From positions 365,458-429,457 of the forward strand of contig OZ244961.1 of NCBI GenBank assembly GCA_965222715.1: a stretch of DNA of 64,000 nucleotides, in the 5' to 3' direction. Origin of the DNA: Minisyncoccota bacterium (GTDB taxonomy: Bacteria > Patescibacteriota > Minisyncoccia > Phycocordibacterales > JABMNX01). The position numbers and the translations under genes were made by a program. Each line of letters opens with the position of its first letter. Position 1 is the first letter of the stretch. The notes beneath the pieces were generated by a model that was not told where the DNA came from, did not search any database, and was given only the letters and a program-made list of their open reading frames with translations. Below, in pieces: positions 54,345 through 64,000 of the stretch.

Positions 54345-55370
54345 TTATATAACAGCACACCTCCTACTTGATCCTTCTGGAAGTAATCCACATACCATCT
54401 TAAGTCCATCAGTATACTCCTTTCTGGGTGCCAAAGACCACGTCACCCCTTTCAAACATTCAATTTCAGCAGTCACAGAGGGCATGTCTTCACAAAACTT
54501 GATCATTTTTTCTACATCATATTCAATACTACCAAGTTCATATCCAATACCATTAATGCATGAATTGCGTTCTTCATCATTTTGAAGCGTAGTACATATC
54601 TCACCTATTTTCTTCCAACCACTAGCATCTTCATTAAAATACGCATACTTCCACCAAGAACTTTGGTAGAGGTAACATGCGCCTCGCACACTTTTCTCAA
54701 CGCTGTCACATGGATAGTGCATACCTCTCAGGTCTGGCTCTCGCACAATAGCACCAAGTCGTAGTATTGACCCCTCTTGTTCTCTATCAAAAATCAAATC
54801 TCCTGCACCAAAAGCAAATTCCATGAACACTCCAGAAGCGCATGGAGATGGGCCAGCCGTATCTGAGGTGTGGGACACACAAACATCTACAGCATCTTCG
54901 ACATACTCATCACCAAGATAACTTAAAATGCCATGCCCAAGACCATGGAGACACTGTGCGAACAATTCTGTGTCTCCGTCACATACTCCCACTATTTCTT
55001 CAATGGCTTGGGTTCCTTGATCATACATCGCTAGATTAAAAAAGCCGTGCTGGCACCCAAAATCAAAATATTCCCCACATATTGATGCACCTTCTAGTCC
55101 CGCTTTCTTGTATACAAGCTGTCCAAATATATGCGAGATGTCGTGTTGTATTTGATAGTTTAACTCTTTATATTTCTCGTTTTCAGAAAATGTCCTATAT
55201 GCTTGAGCTGCCCCCACCCTATCGATTTCCTGCTCCCAATACACAGCTTCTTTTTGGTAATCAACATCAACAATACTTTCATTATCTTTTTCCTTTTCTG
55301 AAACCCAAAAGAAGGCAAGAGAGATAACCACCCCCAATAACAGTAAGAGTAGTAATCTGCGCATATTCAT
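54345..55370 (-). CDS. Secreted Cys-rich hypothetical protein (341 aa)
   Basis: Signal peptide MNMRRLLLLLLLGVVISLAFF; >15 Cys; HGLGHG motif. No family recognised. Confidence 0.5.
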   Translation of the reverse strand: MNMRRLLLLLLLGVVISLAFFWVSEKEKDNESIVDVDYQKEAVYWEQEIDRVGAAQAYRTFSENEKYKELNYQIQHDISHIFGQLVYKKAGLEGASICGEYFDFGCQHGFFNLAMYDQGTQAIEEIVGVCDGDTELFAQCLHGLGHGILSYLGDEYVEDAVDVCVSHTSDTAGPSPCASGVFMEFAFGAGDLIFDREQEGSILRLGAIVREPDLRGMHYPCDSVEKSVRGACYLYQSSWWKYAYFNEDASGWKKIGEICTTLQNDEERNSCINGIGYELGSIEYDVEKMIKFCEDMPSVTAEIECLKGVTWSLAPRKEYTDGLKMVCGLLPEGSSRRCAVI

Positions 55371-55373
55371 AAT

Positions 55374-56492
55374 TTATCGAACTGACCGATATCCCCCACG
55401 AACACCCTCCTTTGAGAGCACTATTTGCCATAGTTGATTTTTGCGCGCACGGAAAGAAGCAGCTGAAGCAAGAAGGTAGTATTTCCACATACGATAAAAA
55501 CGTTCGGAATAATTATCTTTTATATCATCCCAGTGTGCATCAAAGTTTTTAAACCAAGCCATAAGGGTCTTATCATAATCTGGTCCAAAATTATGCCAAT
55601 CTTCCATAACAAAGAGATTGTCTATAGATCGACCAATTTGTTCTACCGATGGTAACATTCCTCCTGGGAAAATATACTTTTCAATCCATGGATCTGTTGT
55701 TTTTACGGAACGATTATTGCCAATTGTATGTAGCAAGAAAAGCCCACCATCTTTAAGAGATCGGTGTACCATTTCCATATAGGTTCGATAATTTTTATAC
55801 CCAACATGCTCAAACATTCCAATAGAGACTATGTGGTCAAATTGTTCATCTACATCACGGTAATCTTGTAGGCGTATTTCAACAGGTAGTCCTTTTACAT
55901 TTTCTTGTGCAAGTTTTTTTTGTTCTTTTGAAACAGTAATCCCTACTACCTCTGCACCATATTTCTCAGCTGCAAATTTAGCAAAACTTCCCCACCCGCA
56001 TCCAATATCAAGCACCCGGTCTCCTTTCTGTAACCCAACTTTTTTACAAATAAGATCTAGTTTTGCTTCTTGAGCTTCATCGAGTGTTTGTGCTTGTGGT
56101 GTCCCGCTCCAGTATCCGCATGTATACACCATGCGCGTATCAAGCATTCGTGTGTAAAGATCATTACCTACATCATAATGTTCTTCTCCTACAATAAATG
56201 CACGTGAAGGACTTTGTAAATTTATAAGACGGGCTCGCAATATATGAAGAAGAAGTGATGGGGTTAATATCTTTCTCTCAAGTCTTGCAGTAAGGGCTTT
56301 ATCAAAGAATTGGTCGAGTTCTTCCACATCCCACCATCCATCCATATAACTCTCTCCGAGGGCTAACGGTCCTTTTGCAAAGACCCGATCAAAAAGTTTT
56401 GGATTGTGTACGGTAATATCCCATGGATTAGTGCCATTTATTTTTATACCACTAGAATCTAGGAGTGCTTGTGCCTTTGCTTCACTGCTCAT
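55374..56492 (-). CDS. Cyclopropane-fatty-acyl-phospholipid synthase family SAM-dependent methyltransferase
   Basis: VLDIGCGWGSFAKFAAEKYGAEVVGITVS (motif I) and CFA-synthase-family flanking domains. Confidence 0.8.
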   Translation of the reverse strand: MSSEAKAQALLDSSGIKINGTNPWDITVHNPKLFDRVFAKGPLALGESYMDGWWDVEELDQFFDKALTARLERKILTPSLLLHILRARLINLQSPSRAFIVGEEHYDVGNDLYTRMLDTRMVYTCGYWSGTPQAQTLDEAQEAKLDLICKKVGLQKGDRVLDIGCGWGSFAKFAAEKYGAEVVGITVSKEQKKLAQENVKGLPVEIRLQDYRDVDEQFDHIVSIGMFEHVGYKNYRTYMEMVHRSLKDGGLFLLHTIGNNRSVKTTDPWIEKYIFPGGMLPSVEQIGRSIDNLFVMEDWHNFGPDYDKTLMAWFKNFDAHWDDIKDNYSERFYRMWKYYLLASAASFRARKNQLWQIVLSKEGVRGGYRSVR

Positions 56493-56497
56493 GTCTC

Positions 56498-57487
56498 TTA
56501 CTTTCTCTTAATAACTCTCTGAACCGCCTCTACTATTGCAGTAACCCCCATACGGTAGTGTTCAATAAGCTCGTCTGGCTCACCAGATTGCCCAAACTGA
56601 TCATGGACTCCGATAAACTCAATTGGTGTTGGGTAAACACTACTTAAAAATTCTGATACCGCGCTACCCATACCGCCAGCAACTTGATGTTCTTCAACGG
56701 TTACCAATGCACCAGTTTCTTTAGCAAGATTTTCTATAGATTCTGTATCGAGCGGTTTTATGGTGTGGTTATTAAGAACTACCGTAGATACACCTTTCTC
56801 TTCAAGTTCTTTAGCGGCACATAGTGCGTTATACGTGAGCGCTCCTGTTGCAATAATGCCAACCTGGGGTGATTCACCTCGCCACAACTCATATGCCTTA
56901 CCTATTTCAAACGGTGTTTTTTCAGTGGTAAACATAGGAGTTTTTGAACGAGCAAATCGTAAATATATTGGTGTATTCGTTGCGGCTGCGGCTATGGTTG
57001 CTTTTCGTGCCTCTTCAACATCACACGGATAGATAACGGTCATATTTGGCTGCACTCGCATGAGTGCAATATCTTCAAGTTGTTGATGTGTTGCCCCATC
57101 AGGACCAACAGAGACACCAGCGTGCATACCACACACTTTCACTGGAACATTATTAAGGGAAACAGTGGTCCGAATCTGCTCGTTATTACGTCCTGGTGAA
57201 AATGCAGCGTAGCTTGTAATGAAAGGAATTTTCCCATAGTTTGCAAGACCTGACGCAACTGTTGCAAGATTTTGTTCAGCAACACCAATCTCAATGTATC
57301 GCTGAGGAAACTTTTCTTTAAACCAATGTGAGCGAGTTGATTCTGCAAGGTCAGCACACAGTACAACAACGTCTTCATTCCTCTCTCCAACCTCAACCAC
57401 TCCTTTCCCAAAGCCATCACGAGTTGAGCCGCTCTCAATATCTTCACTAAATATATTTTCTACAAGATGTGCTGTCTTTTGAATCAT
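56498..57487 (-). CDS. Transketolase, C-terminal (pyrimidine-binding + C-terminal domain) subunit
   Basis: EIGVAEQNLATVASGLA, FAAFSPGRN... Split-gene arrangement. Confidence 0.92.
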   Translation of the reverse strand: MIQKTAHLVENIFSEDIESGSTRDGFGKGVVEVGERNEDVVVLCADLAESTRSHWFKEKFPQRYIEIGVAEQNLATVASGLANYGKIPFITSYAAFSPGRNNEQIRTTVSLNNVPVKVCGMHAGVSVGPDGATHQQLEDIALMRVQPNMTVIYPCDVEEARKATIAAAATNTPIYLRFARSKTPMFTTEKTPFEIGKAYELWRGESPQVGIIATGALTYNALCAAKELEEKGVSTVVLNNHTIKPLDTESIENLAKETGALVTVEEHQVAGGMGSAVSEFLSSVYPTPIEFIGVHDQFGQSGEPDELIEHYRMGVTAIVEAVQRVIKRK

Positions 57488-58344
57488 AGATCACTACAGG
57501 TTATTTTCCCACCAAGTGTGCGTAATTCTTTAAGGAACGCTTCCCCTTCTTCTCCGGTTGGTGGTTTCCCGTGCCAGGTATAATCCCCTTCAATAGACTC
57601 AATACCTTTCCCGGGAATAGTATTTGCAATAATCATTGTTGGTTTTTCCTGTATCGCTTTTGACTCCTCAACAGCACTCACAAACGCCTCAATATTATGA
57701 CCATCTACTTCCATGACATGCCAATTAAATGCTTCAAATTTTTCTCGAAGTGGTTCAAGTGGCATTACATCCTCAGTATCTCCATTAATTTGAATATTGT
57801 TACGGTCAATAACACCAGTTATATTGGAAAGTCGATTAACCCCAGCAAACATTGCTGATTCCCATATATTTCCCGCTTGGAGTTCACCGTCAGACATGAG
57901 GCAGTATACGCGAAACTTCTTACCATCAAGACGTGCACCGTACGCAATACCAGCGGCTTGCCCTAAACCTGAACCAAGTGGTCCAGACGTTGTCTCAAGT
58001 GCTGGTATTTTTTCACGTTCAGGATGCCCTTGTATACGGGAACCGAACTTCCTCAGTGTTTTTGCCTCATCTACTGAAAAGTAACCGGCATGCGCCATTG
58101 CAGCGTAGCGCACCGGAACAATGTGACCATTAGAGAGAATGAGTCGATCTCGATCTTCCCAGAGTGGCTCCTCTGGCTTGTGATTGAGTATGTGAAAATA
58201 AAATGCAGTGAAGATGTCCGCCATACCAAGTGGTCCTGCAGTGTGTCCCGAACCAGCTTCAACCAACATCTCAATAATTGTTTGACGCACCTTATTTGCC
58301 TGTGCCTCGAGCGTACATATTTTTGTATCATCAATGTGTGCCAT
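57484..58344 (-). CDS. Transketolase, N-terminal (TPP-binding) subunit
   Basis: SGHTAGPLGMADI, GSLGQGL-like GPLGSGLGQAAG, MSDGELQAGNIWE. 4-bp overlap with C-terminal subunit. Confidence 0.92.
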   Translation of the reverse strand: MAHIDDTKICTLEAQANKVRQTIIEMLVEAGSGHTAGPLGMADIFTAFYFHILNHKPEEPLWEDRDRLILSNGHIVPVRYAAMAHAGYFSVDEAKTLRKFGSRIQGHPEREKIPALETTSGPLGSGLGQAAGIAYGARLDGKKFRVYCLMSDGELQAGNIWESAMFAGVNRLSNITGVIDRNNIQINGDTEDVMPLEPLREKFEAFNWHVMEVDGHNIEAFVSAVEESKAIQEKPTMIIANTIPGKGIESIEGDYTWHGKPPTGEEGEAFLKELRTLGGKITCSDL

Positions 58345-58346
58345 AT

Positions 58347-59069
58347 CTAAACCTGTCTTAATTGCTGTAGTGCCTCTTGTATATTACCACTTTCAAAAAT
58401 AGCTGAACCTGAAACTAATCGATCAGCGCCAGCGCTGATTAATTGGGGTGCGGTTACTTTAGAAACACCACCATCAACACTTATTATAAGATGCGGGTAT
58501 TCCTCTCGCAAATGATGAACTCGCTTAATAACTCTTTCATCAAAAGGTTCTCCCTGGTACCCGATTCTTTCTATACCCATAAGCTGCACTACATCGATTC
58601 TGTGTATGTAGGATGATAGTGCATCAAGTGGGGTATCAATACTTAGCGCAAAACCAATTTCAAGCGGCGGCATGCCCTCATACTCTCGCTCTTCTTTCTT
58701 ATATGCATCAATAAGAGTAATGATTTCCCGTGGCACATCAGTACTTTCGATATGAACAATGATTCTCTGTGCTCCAACATCAATCCACTTTGTAATGTAC
58801 TCTTTTGGCCGAGCAACCATGAGGTCAACTTCGAAATACATTTCATCCCACAGTGGTAACCCTGTTTGTTTGAGACGTGTCAGCTCTACATCTAGCCCAC
58901 CAGACACCGTATACGGCCAGCTCTGTGATGGAACAAATGAACCATCCATGATATCAATTTGTACTTCAGGAACTAACCCACGCACCCGGCTGACCATGTT
59001 CTCTAACTCTTCAAATGTGCTTGGCATAATTGCCGGAATGATCTGTGGTGCCTGAGATACTCTGTACAT
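58347..59069 (-). CDS. rpe: Ribulose-phosphate 3-epimerase
   Basis: IMPSTFEEL..., VQIDIMDGSFVP, HIESTD, ISVDGGV motifs. Confidence 0.9.
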   Translation of the reverse strand: MYRVSQAPQIIPAIMPSTFEELENMVSRVRGLVPEVQIDIMDGSFVPSQSWPYTVSGGLDVELTRLKQTGLPLWDEMYFEVDLMVARPKEYITKWIDVGAQRIIVHIESTDVPREIITLIDAYKKEEREYEGMPPLEIGFALSIDTPLDALSSYIHRIDVVQLMGIERIGYQGEPFDERVIKRVHHLREEYPHLIISVDGGVSKVTAPQLISAGADRLVSGSAIFESGNIQEALQQLRQV

Positions 59070-59091
59070 ATTACATATACAATTTAAACAG

Positions 59092-59541
59092 TTACGAATT
59101 CCTGTCTATTTTTTCTATACGGCGCACATGACGTTCTTCTTCATTAAATGATGTACTAAGGAATATGCGCACCGCATTCTCAGCTTCTTCCTCACGTATA
59201 TATCGAGCGCCGATGGATAGTGTGTTTGCATTATTATGTTCTCGAGCAAGTCGTACAATCTCCATATCACCACCGTAGAACACGGCAGCTCGCACACTTT
59301 TATACCGATTTGCTACAATCGCCTCACCCTGCCCTGAACCTCCGAGAATAACCCCTCGGCGATTCACGGGGTCTTTTGACACCTCTACAACTGCTTTTTT
59401 TATAAAGTCAGGATAGTCATCGTCTTTCTCATATGAAAGAGCTCCACAGTCGGTAACGGTATGCCCAAGACTTTCTATAAAAGGCTTTAATGTTTCTTTT
59501 AACGCAAAGCCTGCATGATCTGTTGCTATATAGACTTCCAT
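59092..59541 (-). CDS. rpiB: Ribose-5-phosphate isomerase B
   Basis: IATDHAGFALKE, GVILGGSGQGEAIVANR. Confidence 0.9.
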   Translation of the reverse strand: MEVYIATDHAGFALKETLKPFIESLGHTVTDCGALSYEKDDDYPDFIKKAVVEVSKDPVNRRGVILGGSGQGEAIVANRYKSVRAAVFYGGDMEIVRLAREHNNANTLSIGARYIREEEAENAVRIFLSTSFNEEERHVRRIEKIDRNS

Positions 59542-59544
59542 AGA

Positions 59545-60570
59545 CTAGGAAATGTGACGTGCTGATTGGGTTGCATGTTGAAGGAGTGCATTGGTATACC
59601 CCATTTCATTATCATACCAAGAGAGTACCTTCACTAAGTTTCCCCCAACAACGCGAGTAAATGATAAGTCGGCAATCGACGCGTAGGTGCTTCCTATAAT
59701 GTCACTTGAGACTATCTGATCTGTAGTAACAGAAAATACTTTGTTCCACCTCTCTGTTTCTGCTGCTTGTGTAAGAATGTCATTTATTTCTTCAACGGTT
59801 ACTTCACGTTTTGCAAGAAAGGTAACATCAACAATTGATCCCACAACAACTGGTACACGGATGGCAATGCCGTCAAACTTACCTTCAAGTGAACGTATTG
59901 CTTTTGTGGTTGCAATTGCTGCACCAGTTGTTGTGGGAATAATATTTTGTGCAGCTGCTCTTCCCTTTCGAAAATCTTTAGCGGGACTATCAACAATACT
60001 CTGTGAAGCAGTATAGCCATGCACAGTGTTAAGAAGAGCTTTCTCTACACCAACTTCTTCTTCAAGGATTTGCATTAATGGACTTCCTGCGTTTGTGGTA
60101 CATGATGCGTTTGAACTAATGTCACATGTCTTGAGCACATCATCATTAACCCCCATTAAGACTGTTTCTCCAGTAATGTCGCTTGGCGGATTATCTTTAA
60201 CCGGAGCTGAAATGACCACACGTCGCGCACCAGCCTTAAGGTGGGCTCGAGATTTCTCATATGTCGTAAACATTCCCGTTGATTCAAGTACGAGGTCAAT
60301 TCCCATTTTTTTCCACGGCAACTTTTCTGGGTCTCGCTCGCTCAAAAAAGAAACGGTACGACCATTAATGACTAGACCACTTTCATTTACAGAGATATCT
60401 AAATCGCTAACCCCATATACTGAATCGTACTTTAATAAGTAGGCAAGATTTTCAATGTCGCCCAAATCATTAATAGCAACAACTTCTATATCCTGATTTC
60501 CTTCAGCAAGTTTAAAAAATGCTCTTCCGATACGACCAAATCCATTAATTGCTACTTTTTTCTTTTCCAT
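59545..60570 (-). CDS. gap: Glyceraldehyde-3-phosphate dehydrogenase
   Basis: KVAINGFGRIGR, SNASCTTNA catalytic Cys, WYDNEMGY. Start set at MEKKKV; the ORF track extends to 60684. Confidence 0.93.
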   Translation of the reverse strand: MEKKKVAINGFGRIGRAFFKLAEGNQDIEVVAINDLGDIENLAYLLKYDSVYGVSDLDISVNESGLVINGRTVSFLSERDPEKLPWKKMGIDLVLESTGMFTTYEKSRAHLKAGARRVVISAPVKDNPPSDITGETVLMGVNDDVLKTCDISSNASCTTNAGSPLMQILEEEVGVEKALLNTVHGYTASQSIVDSPAKDFRKGRAAAQNIIPTTTGAAIATTKAIRSLEGKFDGIAIRVPVVVGSIVDVTFLAKREVTVEEINDILTQAAETERWNKVFSVTTDQIVSSDIIGSTYASIADLSFTRVVGGNLVKVLSWYDNEMGYTNALLQHATQSARHIS

Positions 60571-60633
60571 GTATCCGATATAAAACCAATATACACTAAG
60601 TATAAAGGTAGATATCTCTAAGTCAAAAAAGGT

Positions 60634-62451
60634 TTGTGTGAAAAGGTTTCTCACGGGTATAATGAGCACATAATGTTTCGTCAATATACAGATTGGCTGC
60701 TTTTAGTTGTATTAGTAAGTACTACCATTGGTGGTATTACCGCAGCATCGTGGCACTACCAGAAAACACTAGAAGGTGAGATTACTTTTTTGAAAGATGA
60801 GCTACGTACATTTTGGACTCCAGATGTTGAGGTTGATGGAGTCTTATATCGCATCGATAAGACAATAGTAGTGGTTGGAAACGATGGGAAAAGTTTCGTA
60901 CCCACAAAAGAATTATCACAACAAAAGAAGCTGAATATTTTACGTACTGCCTATTTCTCAACACTTACACGGATCGATCCACTTTTTGCGCTTGATATGG
61001 CCAACACTGAAAAGCTTCGAGAAAGTATTTTTGATTTACGCACATCTCTTGATGCATACGCACCTTTCTACACAAGTACCGAAGAAAGATTTTTACGCTC
61101 ATCAGTATATCCCACAGAGTTTTTAGAAGAACTGAGTCACTTAGAAGATATTCGCCAACGTATTATTCTTGCTCCTCGCAACACAACTACAGAAGAGTAC
61201 TTGAAACAATTTGAAAAAACTGTGTATGCATACAAAAAAGGAATAGCTAACCTGCTCACCACATATGCACTTGTGTCTAATGACACACAGGAAGGAGACA
61301 GGTTTTATTTTATGGGTGGGTATACGACCATACCTCAATTTAAGACCGCCTTGGCCCTTATTGAGGAAAATATGCAGGCCACCTACAGAGAACATAAAAA
61401 ACGTGTTCTGTGTATTGAGGGAAATACTGATCAATGTCCTCACCTCACAGAACATCTGTTTCCTTATAGCATAAGTGATTTAACAAATTCTTCAAAAACA
61501 GTTTCACTACCTACGCAAGTTCTAGAAAATGCAACATTGCTTGAAGAGTACTATAAAAAAGATCCTCGAGTAGATAACAAATCATTCTCTCATCCAATTA
61601 TTGCATTGACGAGCAGTGATTGTTTTTGGGAAGAAGAAACTCAATTTTTTAAGACATTTTTACGAGAAATTGCCCCTGGAAAGGTTGTACTGAAACGAGA
61701 ATTCTTAAATGATTTGTATTTCTATAAATTAACTGAACCGGTTAGCATAATGGAATACGCAGCACTCTTACAGAGCCCAGACGCTGAGCAGGTGTATATA
61801 TATCAACCAATAGCAAATACGTATATGTGCCCTGAATCAGGGACAGATGCTGCAAAAATAAATACCCTGCTTTCTGTACAGTCACTACTTAAGCAACACC
61901 CAATATTCGGTACGGAATCTACAAAATTTAACCAAGAAGCGGAAAAACTTTTTACTATTGAAAAAAAGATACGTGAAAGTGATAAGATACTTTTTGAAAG
62001 TGATATTGATGAGTATGTAGTATGGTTAATTTCACTACTAAGAAATGCTAGCGGAGATAGACAGGTGTATAGAGCATTGGAAGCTGAGAGATTACTTAAC
62101 ATTGAAAGAATTTTGTCTCTCTACCAAAGTAAAACAGCTGGTTTTGATGAACTTATCTATGCACTGGTTGACGAAAGTGATTATTTAAAGAGAGCAGTGC
62201 AGAATAACTTTAAAATAGATTTTGTATACGTACTAATAAGTCGAGCAAATCCAATCCTTACTTTTCAAGCGTTTAATAGCACAATCCAAAGGGACACAAG
62301 ACCTTCAGTGCTATTTCCAAGCACGTCTGACCTAAAAGAAGCTTTTAATCTGGTGAGGTATGTAGAGGAAAAAGAGTTAAAAAACACTTATACAAAAGAT
62401 GAGTTACCAGAGTTAATGTGGAGAGGACACCAAGTCGAGCGACCTCTGTAA
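60634..62451 (+). CDS. Hypothetical membrane-anchored protein (605 aa)
   Basis: N-terminal TM LLLVVLVSTTIGGITAASW. Long helical soluble region. No family recognised. Start may be MFRQYTD (60673). Confidence 0.5.
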   Translation: MCEKVSHGYNEHIMFRQYTDWLLLVVLVSTTIGGITAASWHYQKTLEGEITFLKDELRTFWTPDVEVDGVLYRIDKTIVVVGNDGKSFVPTKELSQQKKLNILRTAYFSTLTRIDPLFALDMANTEKLRESIFDLRTSLDAYAPFYTSTEERFLRSSVYPTEFLEELSHLEDIRQRIILAPRNTTTEEYLKQFEKTVYAYKKGIANLLTTYALVSNDTQEGDRFYFMGGYTTIPQFKTALALIEENMQATYREHKKRVLCIEGNTDQCPHLTEHLFPYSISDLTNSSKTVSLPTQVLENATLLEEYYKKDPRVDNKSFSHPIIALTSSDCFWEEETQFFKTFLREIAPGKVVLKREFLNDLYFYKLTEPVSIMEYAALLQSPDAEQVYIYQPIANTYMCPESGTDAAKINTLLSVQSLLKQHPIFGTESTKFNQEAEKLFTIEKKIRESDKILFESDIDEYVVWLISLLRNASGDRQVYRALEAERLLNIERILSLYQSKTAGFDELIYALVDESDYLKRAVQNNFKIDFVYVLISRANPILTFQAFNSTIQRDTRPSVLFPSTSDLKEAFNLVRYVEEKELKNTYTKDELPELMWRGHQVERPL

Positions 62452-62469
62452 AGAGGTATTATTCTTATA

Positions 62470-62745
62470 TTACTCAAGAAAGCCAGCGCACGACACAAAG
62501 AAAGACCGACCTTCGTCTTTTGATTCAATTGACTCAGTGAAATCTATACTATCCGTAAGAACACAACCATTAGCAAGAGTACCTTTCTCCTCTTTTTGAG
62601 AGTGTAGTAGACCATTAATACCTCCAAACCAAGCAACTGAAAAAAGAGCAACACCCGAGAGTATACTGAGACCTGGTTTCTTAGATAACAACTTAAGATG
62701 AGATATATTAGTATCTTTTTTCATAGTACATATAGTATATATCAA
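62470..62745 (-). CDS. Small hypothetical membrane protein
   Basis: TM GLSILSGVALFSVAWFGGINGLL. Confidence 0.35.
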   Translation of the reverse strand: MIYTICTMKKDTNISHLKLLSKKPGLSILSGVALFSVAWFGGINGLLHSQKEEKGTLANGCVLTDSIDFTESIESKDEGRSFFVSCAGFLE

Positions 62746-62796
62746 TATGTACGTAACTAAAAAGAATTTATTAACACCAGAAGTGTAGATTATTTT

Positions 62797-63315
62797 CTAC
62801 CCCTTTCTCCCAAACAGGAATCCGAGAAAAGCGCCCAAAATGAGACCAAATATAGCGAAGAAAATACCAAAAGGAGGGGGAGAGGAGGAGGTGTTTTCAA
62901 CAGTGAGGGGGAAGCTTACTTCAGCCAACGTCTCTCCGTTACTTTGAAAACGTGCTGATATAAGGTGTTTCCCTGGTTCAGAAAAGGTATACAGCACACC
63001 AGTGGTTCCAAATTCTGGTTTATGTATTCCAGTTGCAAACAATGTGCGTGTTTCTTTGTTGATACGAAGCCATACATCTGAATATTCAACTTCTTCACCT
63101 GTTTGAACATCTGTAATTGTAAAATCAAACCGAGCGCCACTATCAAGAGTTACTATTTCAGGGCTATACCCCACATCAACACGATATCCGTCTATTATTT
63201 CTTCATATGATAGACCGGTACCGTGTCCGAAGGTAAAAATAGGTAGCAACATCCAAATGAGAAAAAGTGCGAAGAACACGAAACCTCTCTTTTGCTGTAC
63301 ACACTTATAGATCAT
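62797..63315 (-). CDS. Secreted hypothetical protein with C-terminal TM anchor
   Basis: Signal peptide then beta-rich domain, then PPPFGIFFAIFGLILGAFLGFLFGRKG anchor. Confidence 0.45.
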   Translation of the reverse strand: MIYKCVQQKRGFVFFALFLIWMLLPIFTFGHGTGLSYEEIIDGYRVDVGYSPEIVTLDSGARFDFTITDVQTGEEVEYSDVWLRINKETRTLFATGIHKPEFGTTGVLYTFSEPGKHLISARFQSNGETLAEVSFPLTVENTSSSPPPFGIFFAIFGLILGAFLGFLFGRKG

Positions 63316-63320
63316 ACTTT

Positions 63321-64000
63321 TTACTGGCTACTGGTACTGGTTGTAGTCGCTGTACTTCCCTCTTGACCTTCTCCAGATACAGGCTCGACTATAACGCTTC
63401 GAGTTTTAGATGACGTGTTTCCAGCTACATCAGATACACTATATGTAACAGAATATGTTCCTGCTACCTCGGTGTTCACATTACTTTCAGTAATAATTGA
63501 GCTGGTAATGTCTCCATCACCATCATCACTTGCCGTAGCACCTTGATCGGTATATACCCCACCTTGGGTTACAGTCACTGATTGTTCTCCGAGTATAGTA
63601 ATTATAGGTGCTGTGGTATCAGCTGGAGTAGATACTGACTCGCTTTCCGTTGAAGTTGCTGCTTCAGTTTCTACTACTTCGTTTGATGAAGGTGCTTCAT
63701 CAACCTGATCCCCTCCGCTACCAACAATAACTGTTCGTGTCGCGGTTCCTGTGTTACCAGCCTGATCTGTTGCGCTGTATGTAATTGTATATGTAACATC
63801 TGTTGATGTATCAATAGAAATTGAAGTTACGGTGACTCCATTAACTTGATATGTAATCCCAAGGTTGTTGTTCCTGTTGTCAGTTACTGTTGCGCCTAAG
63901 TCAACGTAGGTTGAACCAACATCAATAATTGCTGGATTATTACCATTAATAGTAATTACTGGCGGTTCAGTGTCTGAGGCATCATTAGACCCAGAGGGTT
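63321..64000 (-). CDS. Partial CDS (N-terminus outside window): surface protein with tandem Ig-like (DUF5011/HYR-like) domains
   Basis: Continuous frame with no stop from window edge to TAA at 63321. Two repeats of P(V/I)IT(I/L)xG...GxxYxDxGATAxDxxDG...VxxAGTYxVTYSxxDxAGN...RxV(I)V. The ORF track starts at an internal GTG only because no earlier start codon occurs in-frame. Confidence 0.6.
   Translation of the reverse strand, partial: PSGSNDASDTEPPVITINGNNPAIIDVGSTYVDLGATVTDNRNNNLGITYQVNGVTVTSISIDTSTDVTYTITYSATDQAGNTGTATRTVIVGSGGDQVDEAPSSNEVVETEAATSTESESVSTPADTTAPIITILGEQSVTVTQGGVYTDQGATASDDGDGDITSSIITESNVNTEVAGTYSVTYSVSDVAGNTSSKTRSVIVEPVSGEGQEGSTATTTSTSSQ

Noticed and set aside
1-64000. CRISPR arrays, rRNA genes, transposases/integrases
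   Set aside because: Scanned for regularly spaced direct repeats, rRNA-like conserved blocks and DDE/tyrosine-recombinase motifs in the ORF translations; none found.

Overview
This window is a 64-kb stretch of a low-GC (about 42-45%), gene-dense, mostly minus-strand bacterial chromosome. The content is typical of a streamlined Candidate Phyla Radiation (Patescibacteria)-like genome, but that assignment is inference. Supporting features are a split transketolase, a short PheS, a ThrRS lacking its N-terminal editing domains, and Lys/Glu-rich tails on RpoD, GyrB, S16, L32 and L25.

The core is housekeeping: hisS, uppP, DsbA-family, rpoD, dnaG, rpoC-rpoB, trmD, a KH protein, rpsP, rnr, a short SMC, rnc, a nusB-NUDIX fusion, rpmF, rnhB, dnaE, thrS, gyrB, pheST, tsf, rpsB, prfA, rpmE, rplY. 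A central-carbon block follows (fba, 2-hydroxyacid dehydrogenase, PfkB kinase, split tkt, rpe, rpiB, gap). An accessory cell-surface island at 31.7-36.2 kb holds a Gly/Ser- and Pro/Thr/Asp-repeat membrane protein, a strongly GC-rich (~57%) foreign lipoprotein gene, a sortase and a CARDB protein.

One intact tRNA-Thr(UGU) lies among rearranged half-tRNA copies. There are no rRNA genes, CRISPR arrays, transposases or integrases.

Most notable observations:
- PheT carries an intact NlpC/P60 Cys-His domain inserted between its B5 and catalytic-like domains.
- NusB is fused to a NUDIX hydrolase.
- A 15-bp perfect long-range inverted repeat brackets the whole nusB-rnc intergenic region and abuts the rnc start codon, a candidate RNase III autoregulatory stem.
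- Two unidentified structured RNAs are present, one of them with a consensus TTGACA-N17-TATTAT promoter and an intrinsic terminator.
- The DnaG zinc finger is degenerate.
- The SMC appears to lack a hinge.
- A 26-nt palindromic terminator hairpin recurs five times with compensatory changes.

All calls are from reading the sequence and ORF translations by eye; no database searches were run.
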